From contig WJMJ01000059.1 in assembly GCA_014728035.1 (NCBI GenBank), positions 160,001-224,000 on the forward strand: a stretch of DNA of 64,000 nucleotides, in the 5' to 3' direction. This stretch comes from Promethearchaeota archaeon (GTDB lineage Archaea; Asgardarchaeota; Thorarchaeia; Thorarchaeales; Thorarchaeaceae). A program made the translations under genes and the position numbers. The notes below the pieces were generated by a model. The model was not told the origin of the DNA, made no database searches, and saw only the letters and a program-made list of their open reading frames with translations. This document shows positions 56,935 to 64,000 of the stretch, piece by piece; position 1 is the stretch's first letter; the number at the start of each line of letters is the position of its first letter.

Positions 56935-57495
56935 ATGGAAAAAGCTTGGATTTTCAGAAAGGCATCATTGGACGATGCATCTTTCATCGCAAAGATTAAT
57001 GCAATGCACGTAGGAAATAAAGGTCCTGGTGGGTTTCTCATTATTGCTTTGGATGAATCGGAGATTCGTCATCTTATTGAAAGCGCCGATATTGATTTTT
57101 ATGCTGCAAAAAGATCAAACGGTGAATTGCTTGGATATGCAGAAATCACTTCACAATTCGACAGGACACTTCTGAATAACATGACTTGGGTAAATGGTAT
57201 ATTTGAACAATCGATAAAGCAAATACTTTCTGGTGACTTTATCTATATCAAACAACTGGCAATTCATCCTTCTTATCAACGTCAAGGTGTAGCTACATTT
57301 CTATACAAGAATCTGGAAGCCGCGATCAAGAAGGACATTATTGTCTTTGCAGCACATCGTCCATTTCATAATGAACCCTCTATTGCCTTTCACAAGAAGA
57401 TGGGCTTCACTATGGTTGCAAAATTACATAGGTCCGATTTTGGTGGACACTCGGAATATGAGAGTTTCTTTTTCATGAAGAAGCTGTCTAATTAG
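56935..57495 (+). CDS. GNAT family acetyltransferase
   Basis: YIKQLAIHPSYQRQGVA..LY, N..S..FH.K.GF. Confidence 0.88.
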   Translation: MEKAWIFRKASLDDASFIAKINAMHVGNKGPGGFLIIALDESEIRHLIESADIDFYAAKRSNGELLGYAEITSQFDRTLLNNMTWVNGIFEQSIKQILSGDFIYIKQLAIHPSYQRQGVATFLYKNLEAAIKKDIIVFAAHRPFHNEPSIAFHKKMGFTMVAKLHRSDFGGHSEYESFFFMKKLSN

Positions 57496-58921
57496 ACCTG
57501 AGTTTACTAGAGATAGCTGTAGATGCTCGAATGACACCGAATACTATAATTGCTATCATTAGTGATGCAATAAACAAAATGGATCCCCAATCTAGATGCG
57601 TGGAGGTTGGATCGTAGAAAAACAACGCAATAACTTCAGCTGCGAGACTTATGATGAATACGATTTGGAGGTTCTTCAACAATGTATTTTCTTTCTCATG
57701 TTGCAGTGTTTCAAGCATCTCACGCTCCCGCGCGACCGTTTCTTTCATTTGTACAAGGAATGAATTCATAGCTTCTCGATACTCGTTTCCGTGCAATCTC
57801 TCAATCATAATCCTGAATAAAGTTAATTTGAGAATTGATGTAAACATAAGGCGTGGCACTCTTGTTATCATAAGGTCATCACCAATCTCAAGAGATATTC
57901 TATTCAATTCGATTTCTAATGCTCTAACTTTATCTGCAATCTCATTGAGGTCTGGCTCTTCTTGAGCTCTCATCTCCTCGACTTTCTTTTGTAGTTCCTT
58001 CATTTTATCAACGATTGATGTTACATGAACTAATGCTAAAAATCGTTGAACATTTCCCATTTCGGTTGCAAATATAACATCAACAAGTTTGTTTTTCATA
58101 GAATCGGTATCGGTTAACTCCTTATTTGGCACAATCACATTTCCAGCATTTGTTATATACACTGCTGAATTTTCATATGGACTGAGATTTTGAATTTCTC
58201 TCTCAAAGAACTCTGTTCGCATTGCATACCAATCATCTGCACGCTGCGTAAGGCCCAGGGCGTGTTTGAAGTATTTCCCACCAACTTCGAAATCTTTCTG
58301 CCATTGATCATCTTGATAGCTTTTTTCGTCTGTAACCTCAGTTCCCTTGATTATCCATGTATGATGCCAAGGACACACATCTGTTTCAATTTTTATTGCA
58401 TCTTTTTTGCTTGTATCCAGGTTTGTCTTGCAGTATATCTCAACAATCTGTTTAATTTCATTCAACTTAGTTTCAAAATAATCCCAAAGTGTCATATTTT
58501 GGTTAAGTAGTAAAATTTCAGTTGGAACAGAGTTTACAACATATTCCTGAATAGTATACATTGATGCAAAATCAAATTTACAATCAAATAAAACACAACC
58601 ACCGTAATGAAGATGTGTTTCAACAATTATAGAACCTCTTATTCCCTTGTGCGTTTCAAATTGGTCTTCGACTAGTCTAAATGTGAGTGGCAGATATCTG
58701 TCTGAAGACTTTGCAAGCCATCCCAGTTCATGCGACTGTCCTTCTTCATCAAAATATCTGTATTTTTTTGTATTTTTAGAAGGCACTTCTAGAAGTCCAT
58801 TTTTTTGAAATAGATCAAGTAGTTCTGGACTGTGAAAGTCATCAACATCATAACCAATGTGAAATAATTGCCAAAAAACCAATCTTGTTTTAATCTTTAG
58901 AGATTTTTCAGGTACTGACAT
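57488..58921 (-). CDS. Hypothetical protein: soluble domain, long helices, two C-terminal TMs (CorA/DUF155-like architecture)
   Basis: 477-aa ORF; architecture only, no GMN motif. Confidence 0.55.
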   Translation of the reverse strand: MSVPEKSLKIKTRLVFWQLFHIGYDVDDFHSPELLDLFQKNGLLEVPSKNTKKYRYFDEEGQSHELGWLAKSSDRYLPLTFRLVEDQFETHKGIRGSIIVETHLHYGGCVLFDCKFDFASMYTIQEYVVNSVPTEILLLNQNMTLWDYFETKLNEIKQIVEIYCKTNLDTSKKDAIKIETDVCPWHHTWIIKGTEVTDEKSYQDDQWQKDFEVGGKYFKHALGLTQRADDWYAMRTEFFEREIQNLSPYENSAVYITNAGNVIVPNKELTDTDSMKNKLVDVIFATEMGNVQRFLALVHVTSIVDKMKELQKKVEEMRAQEEPDLNEIADKVRALEIELNRISLEIGDDLMITRVPRLMFTSILKLTLFRIMIERLHGNEYREAMNSFLVQMKETVAREREMLETLQHEKENTLLKNLQIVFIISLAAEVIALFFYDPTSTHLDWGSILFIASLMIAIIVFGVIRASTAISSKLRSN

Positions 58922-59048
58922 TTCCCAAGCTCCAGATAGTCAATCTTTTGAAAAATTGAGATATAACTATTCCACTTCTAATTTCCTATAATCTAAAAAA
59001 CTGAAGTGATATTGCAGGCAAAGATAGTAAATGCAAGCAGTTGATATT

Positions 59049-59942
59049 TCATGTTCGTATTAGCTTGAATTTGCAGCTCTTATCTCCAGTTGCTCTACAT
59101 GATATTTCTTTGACAGAAATACTGGGGTTGTCTAAGGCTCCTTCGATAAAACCACTGAAGAAGTGGCACATTGGGTTTTCTGCACTTCGATTTCGACATA
59201 TTGGGCAAAGAGTCACATCAAATACTTCTTCTTTTTTGTCATACTTGACTATGGAAATCTCACTAAGAAGATCATATACATCTCGCTGGTCAATTACTAT
59301 TTCGCCTTTGAATGTCTGTTTTGCTATTATGTGTCCTGAATACCTTCCTAGTGTTTTGATTATTGCAATTTGTTGGTTATCGTTTTCTTTGAAATGTTTG
59401 TCTATTTGCCTGACTAATTTTATGGTTTCATCCGGATATCCCTTGATTAGGTCTAGACCAAGATTGAGAATCTCATATAACTGTGACAGATGGACGAATG
59501 ATGGTATGAATTCTAATAGTTCTGGATACTGTTTGTTGAGCGTATTGAGCTGTGTGTAGATGTCCCTGATGTTTTTTTCAAAAGGCACAAATCGGTCTCT
59601 GTGAACAAAAAATTCTTCCTCGCTGAAAAACTGTTCATAGGATTCTATAAATTCATGCTCTATTTGTTTTATTAGTAATTTCGCAAAGGTCTCATCATCA
59701 TCCTTTGTGGTATGTATTATGAACAAAATCGGACCATTCGAGCTGTATACCAAAGAACCCTCCTCGACTGATACGGCACGAAGCTCTTTGTGTCCTAACT
59801 CTTTGATTAAAGTATTTATTGCACTTGAAACTCCCCCAAAGAGTTCAAGAAATTCTTCCAGCTCATCTTCTCTTTTTGCATCTATACTTACTCGTAATAA
59901 TGGTACTCCATCTCGATGAACAACAAAAATCGTCTTAATCAT
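59049..59942 (-). CDS. Longin-V4R fusion protein
   Basis: MI..IF.....G..L and LFGG..SA longin N-terminus; CP.C...C.F..G.I.G......E..C.A.GD..C.F V4R C-terminus. Confidence 0.82.
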   Translation of the reverse strand: MIKTIFVVHRDGVPLLRVSIDAKREDELEEFLELFGGVSSAINTLIKELGHKELRAVSVEEGSLVYSSNGPILFIIHTTKDDDETFAKLLIKQIEHEFIESYEQFFSEEEFFVHRDRFVPFEKNIRDIYTQLNTLNKQYPELLEFIPSFVHLSQLYEILNLGLDLIKGYPDETIKLVRQIDKHFKENDNQQIAIIKTLGRYSGHIIAKQTFKGEIVIDQRDVYDLLSEISIVKYDKKEEVFDVTLCPICRNRSAENPMCHFFSGFIEGALDNPSISVKEISCRATGDKSCKFKLIRT

Positions 59943-60340
59943 GTTTCCTCAGCTGTTTCTTGTTCTGTTCCCATTAGTCTTTTTGAAAACGCATAAAATT
60001 GTCTAAATGCGAATATCAACATGAAGATTCCAATCAATAATAGGGATAGGCGTGTTGGCTTCCATATGAAATCATAGAACGCTTTTGGTGTAAACCAAAA
60101 CCACTCGTCAAAGGCATCCATTGAAGTGCTAACTATCCCAAAAATACTGAATCCAATTAGTGGCAAGAATGTGATATTACGGTCTATCATTGGATATCTC
60201 CGTCTAGCTTGAAGGATAACTAACAATACAACTACAAATGCAATGACTGCACCTAAGTCCAGAAATGCTTTGGTGATACTCAATATGTCATCCGGTGGAT
60301 GAAATTCAATCAATATATCCTGCATTCTTATAGCCCCCAT
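59939..60340 (-). CDS. Three-TM membrane protein
   Basis: Three hydrophobic helices; RRYP.. and D.FD motifs shared with the adjacent gene. Confidence 0.7.
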   Translation of the reverse strand: MGAIRMQDILIEFHPPDDILSITKAFLDLGAVIAFVVVLLVILQARRRYPMIDRNITFLPLIGFSIFGIVSTSMDAFDEWFWFTPKAFYDFIWKPTRLSLLLIGIFMLIFAFRQFYAFSKRLMGTEQETAEET

Positions 60341-60669
60341 TGTTCTGCACCGTATTCTGTAATCATATAGATTCCAATAGCAAATAGAATCAATCCGATT
60401 ACGAACGTACTGCCATCTAAGATGTTCAAAATATCCACAATAATATCATCAAATTGAAGGGTGTCAAAGACATCAAAGACCGAATGCAGCAGTATGAATA
60501 TCAGTCCTATAATGATGATAGCCCATCCTCTTGATGTGAGAGTTGGATAGCGCAAATAGACCAAGATAGCTATTACTATGGCTATTGCAACTCCAATTGC
60601 AATCAATGACTCAACACCAAATAAGAACAGATCGTCTGGTGACAATAATTCAGCTTGGATGGTAACCAC
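60328..60669 (-). CDS. Three-TM membrane protein, probable paralog of 59939-60340
   Basis: PDD, RYP.L...GW..., FD.FD; overlaps the next gene. Confidence 0.7.
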   Translation of the reverse strand: MVTIQAELLSPDDLFLFGVESLIAIGVAIAIVIAILVYLRYPTLTSRGWAIIIIGLIFILLHSVFDVFDTLQFDDIIVDILNILDGSTFVIGLILFAIGIYMITEYGAEQWGL

Positions 60670-60806
60670 CTGATTTCCTGAATGAAATCTAGGAGTTAAA
60701 TCTTCCTAAGTATTCAGTGCTAGTCGATTCACCATTTTCTAAGATATTACAAATACTCATCTGGTCTGAATTTTTAAAACAAGACCTGATGAATACTTGT
60801 CCTATA

Positions 60807-61742
60807 CTATACTATGATTGATTCTTCTGGGACTCTTGGAAACAATGTGGTTTCTCGGATGTGTTTTCTTTTTGTCAAGAATCGAATTAGACGTTCAATT
60901 CCAAGACCTCCTCCTGAGCTAGGACAAAGCTGTTTTGCTCTTGCCAATTCTAAATATGGTGTGAAGTCTTTAGGGTCTTGTCCTCTCTCAAGTATTTTTC
61001 TCACCAGTACCGAGTATTCATAATCTCTCTCGCCACCGGAGAGAGCTTCACCATATCCATTGGGATAACACAAATCGTAGTTTATGTATGTCCCTTTATC
61101 CTCTGGGTCTTCTCGGTCATAGAATTCTCTATCAAAATCTGTTATCCAGAATAGATCTTTCTCTAGCTGTGATATCTTTGATTCAAAGTCAGCTCCATAC
61201 TTTTCAAGCAGTTTCTTACTTGAATACACTCTGAAAGGTGCCTGAGGCACAATGATATCGATTCCAAGTTTCAAACACTCCTCTTCGCAATATTCCTTGA
61301 CTCTTGAGAAAATATGAACCATTAATCCTTCAACTAATCTTCTGAAGTCTTCTTCAGGCATATCTCGTATCTCTATATCTAACTGGGAGAATTCGAGCAG
61401 GTGTCTATCGCTCTTCACTCCTTTTTCCAATCTGACGTTTGGTGAAATAATGTAGATGCCACGTACATCCAATCTGGCAATAGCAATCTGTTTATGGAGG
61501 ATCATACTCTTTGTAAGCTGCAACTTTTGTCCCAAGTAGTCTATAGACGCATCGTAGACCTCGTGGTTCAAAGGATCAGTGACTGGAGAAAGCATTACTG
61601 GCATCATTTGCACAATGCCTTCTCTATGTAAAAATTCATGAGCTGCAAGTAGTACTTGACTCTGGATTTTGTAGATTTCCCCTAAGGCTCTATCTGTTTG
61701 CATATCGGTCTGTCTTGTTGTGGAAGCTGTCTGAAAGGTCAT
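60807..61742 (-). CDS. asnA: Archaeal-type asparagine synthetase A (AsnRS catalytic-core paralog)
   Basis: SP.TDPL, LT.SMILHKQ, SPNVRLE, RHL.EF.QLD.E, E.LSGGER, G.G.GIERL; no anticodon-binding domain. Confidence 0.9.
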   Translation of the reverse strand: MTFQTASTTRQTDMQTDRALGEIYKIQSQVLLAAHEFLHREGIVQMMPVMLSPVTDPLNHEVYDASIDYLGQKLQLTKSMILHKQIAIARLDVRGIYIISPNVRLEKGVKSDRHLLEFSQLDIEIRDMPEEDFRRLVEGLMVHIFSRVKEYCEEECLKLGIDIIVPQAPFRVYSSKKLLEKYGADFESKISQLEKDLFWITDFDREFYDREDPEDKGTYINYDLCYPNGYGEALSGGERDYEYSVLVRKILERGQDPKDFTPYLELARAKQLCPSSGGGLGIERLIRFLTKRKHIRETTLFPRVPEESIIV

Positions 61743-61797
61743 TATACACCACTCTGGTTTTGGGATATATCCGACTAGAACCATTTGAAAACAAAAG

Positions 61798-61868
61798 ATT
61801 TTGCTGTAAAATTTGGATTATTTTGCTAAAATGGTATTATTTTTAATGAATAGTGGAATATTTTTCCA
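61798..61868. promoter_or_regulatory. Candidate Lrp/AsnC binding dyads in the divergent promoter
   Basis: ATTTTGCTGTAAAAT, ATTTTGCTAAAAT and TGGAATATTTTTCCA dyads. Confidence 0.4.
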
Positions 61869-61870
61869 TT

Positions 61871-62320
61871 ATGACGTTTCTCGATGAAAAAGACTTACAG
61901 ATTATAGCTCTTTTACAGGAAAATGCGCGGTATTCCACCAAAGAGATGTATCAGAAGTCTGGCATTCCTCAGACTACCATCTATAATCGGATTAAACGAT
62001 TACGCGAAAGGGGAGTTATCACACGGTTTACCATTGAACTTGATAGAAAGAAGATGGGAAGAGGACTTCTTGCCTATATTATGTGTACCGTATCTTATCG
62101 TACTTCTAAAGGCAAAAAGATTGACCAGTATCAGGTTGCTGAACTAATTCGCCAGTTTTCAGAGGTGGAAGAGGTTTCGATCGTCACTGGTGAGACCGAC
62201 CTCATCGTACGTGTTGCTCTGAAGGATGTTGAGGCACTCAATGAGTTTGTGATATCCAAATTGCGGGATATCGATGGAATTGAGAAGACCAAGACTAGTG
62301 TGGTATTGTCACTGCTATGA
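61871..62320 (+). CDS. Lrp/AsnC family transcriptional regulator
   Basis: LDEKD..I...LQENAR, T...RI.RL...GVI, V.G..DL, I.GI..T.T. Confidence 0.93.
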   Translation: MTFLDEKDLQIIALLQENARYSTKEMYQKSGIPQTTIYNRIKRLRERGVITRFTIELDRKKMGRGLLAYIMCTVSYRTSKGKKIDQYQVAELIRQFSEVEEVSIVTGETDLIVRVALKDVEALNEFVISKLRDIDGIEKTKTSVVLSLL

Positions 62321-62424
62321 GTCTTTTCGATTCGAATTCTATCTATCTTGTTTGGAGTAAAGAACCACTTTTGTATGTCTTTATTAGCATCACTTGCTAC
62401 AATGAGGTGTTAGCTAAATGTTGA

Positions 62425-63714
62425 GTGTACATATTATTGAATGATGACTCTTTACAACAATCTTCTGCTTCTATAGATACAATTGTGCGTAGTGCCCCTG
62501 ATAGTCTTCTCTCTGTGTGGTTTGACCAATATTTCTATTTCAAACGGAATGATCTGAGAAAAATTTTGTATAATGTATGTGATACACTCAATATTGAAGG
62601 CACATCATCTGAAAGAATAGAACAACTGAATACCTGCATGAGTAAACAAATTCCTAACAAGCACTTTCACAAATTGTCACTGAATAATGGAACCGTTCGC
62701 CTTTCGGGAATGATGTTATCCTTTTTACTTTCGGTTCTTGGGATTTCTGTGCGTGAGGTTCAAAAATTCGTTGTACGCGTATGTGGACGGAACGGTCATG
62801 GTGGTATCAAAAAGCCAAACATGATGGAGGGTGAAGAACTCGAAGTGTTCAGAGCTCGTTTTGCTGCAATCGTGAACAGTGATTGCTGGCTTGGTGAAGA
62901 TGGTAGATTACAGTATACTGAAGCTGATAGAGGTCGAATCAAAGTGGTTTTCGATATACTACAGATGATTGGGGATATCCCAATTGAACTGGTTCCGAAT
63001 CCTGTTAATCGCAGCGTGAAGATATGGTTACCAAAACCTCTTGGCCCCGCCTTTATTCGATGGGGCTTTACAACAGGTGACAAGTCTATTCAAAATGAAC
63101 GTTTAGTAGAAATAGTTAGAAATGGGTCATTGATCTCGCATAGAGGATATCTTGAAGAATTGATTTCTGAAGATGGCTGCTTTGAACAATTTGCTGGTTT
63201 CAAATGGAGTAGAACTATTGTTCTCAATTTGGGGATTTATGATACCAAATATAATCTCGAACCAAAGCTTTCCAATCAAGACTGTGAGCTTCTTCTATCA
63301 TTTGATAAAGCTCGAAAAGACATGAAGAAAAAGTGTACTATTGTATCAATACACCAGCTTGAGAAGGCAATTGAACATGATTTTGCCCAGGATGTATTGG
63401 AAATAGTTTCAACATCTCGTAGTAGTCTTCTGGATGATGAGGTATCTCTTGCTGAGCAATTTGGTATTAGAATTCTATCATACCCCGAATACATTACACT
63501 GTATGAGAGTGGACGAGTATCCGTCAAGTGGGTTGCAAAGACAGCAACCAAATTAGATGCCATCCGATGGGCTCTATTATTCCCTCCAAATGATCCGAGA
63601 AAAAGAAACAAAGTTAACCAATGGTTAAAAACTCAAAGAGATGAAACTTCAATTATTCGAGATCATCTTGAACGAGAAGGAATCCTAACGTATGGTGGAC
63701 CGGGCGTGATTTGA
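62425..63714 (+). CDS. Free-standing LAGLIDADG (intein/DOD-type) endonuclease-like protein
   Basis: Two LAGLIDADG-like helices FAAIVNSDCWL and YLEELISEDGCF about 100 aa apart, with G...GDK linker; 3' end overlaps tRNA-Ala. Confidence 0.6.
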   Translation: MYILLNDDSLQQSSASIDTIVRSAPDSLLSVWFDQYFYFKRNDLRKILYNVCDTLNIEGTSSERIEQLNTCMSKQIPNKHFHKLSLNNGTVRLSGMMLSFLLSVLGISVREVQKFVVRVCGRNGHGGIKKPNMMEGEELEVFRARFAAIVNSDCWLGEDGRLQYTEADRGRIKVVFDILQMIGDIPIELVPNPVNRSVKIWLPKPLGPAFIRWGFTTGDKSIQNERLVEIVRNGSLISHRGYLEELISEDGCFEQFAGFKWSRTIVLNLGIYDTKYNLEPKLSNQDCELLLSFDKARKDMKKKCTIVSIHQLEKAIEHDFAQDVLEIVSTSRSSLLDDEVSLAEQFGIRILSYPEYITLYESGRVSVKWVAKTATKLDAIRWALLFPPNDPRKRNKVNQWLKTQRDETSIIRDHLEREGILTYGGPGVI

Positions 63715-63799
63715 ACACGCGACCTCCTCCATGCCAAGGAGGCGATCTTTCCCGACAGCCACATAATGCTGGACTGTTACCGAGCTGATCTACCGGCCC
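63693..63799 (-). tRNA. tRNA-Ala(GGC) with 30-nt D-loop intron at 20/21 (63749-63778)
   Basis: G3:U70; CCTCC-TTGGCAT-GGAGG; bulge-helix-bulge CTCG-GTA / CGGG-AAA with intron stem ACAGT/GCTGT. Confidence 0.92.
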
Positions 63800-64000
63800 G
63801 TGATATTGCACAGGGCATCCGAAGATAACCAGTGGTGTGCAATTTGTTCTGCACACATATCAGGTTAAAAGAGTTATGGCATGAAGATTCCAGATATATT
63901 TACTAGATGATTTTAATTGGGACAAGAAGAAACTGATTTTGAAAGTTGCTAATGTGCTTGTTCTATCCTATCTGATACTATCCAGTCACTAATAAAGTCC

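Noticed and set aside
1-64000. CRISPR array or cas genes associated with the large TnpB
   Set aside because: No regularly spaced direct repeats or cas genes were seen; the context is IS607 tnpA

Overview
Chromosomal window from an archaeon, most likely an Asgard archaeon of the Thorarchaeia. This is inferred from eukaryote-like Topo IB, a ribophorin-I homologue, longin and longin-V4R proteins, GGTGA-type Shine-Dalgarno motifs and an AT-rich background. Most of the window is core informational machinery: FEN1-RPA2-aIF2beta, Nmd3-aIF1A-Rio1-Dim2-TopoVI, and the Rpp21...S19e-L39e-L31e-aIF6-LX-prefoldin-FtsY and FtsZ-SecE-Spt5-L11-L1-P0-P1 superoperon. It also carries gcvPA/PB, tRNA-modification genes and nine tRNA genes. 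Four tRNAs have BHB introns, three of them at non-canonical positions. The most notable items are: (1) a GC-rich ~2.6 kb IS607-type element with an unusually large (713 aa), apparently intact TnpB and a decayed TnpA, whose ends and empty site can be reconstructed by eye; (2) a DOMON domain with an inserted FKBP domain, fused to ribophorin I and divergent from the Alg7/AglH gene; (3) an operon of two membrane proteins plus a longin-V4R protein; (4) a free-standing LAGLIDADG-like ORF that runs into an intron-containing tRNA-Ala; (5) a zinc-finger insertion in Spt5. No CRISPR array or rRNA was seen. All calls come from motif recognition without database searches.
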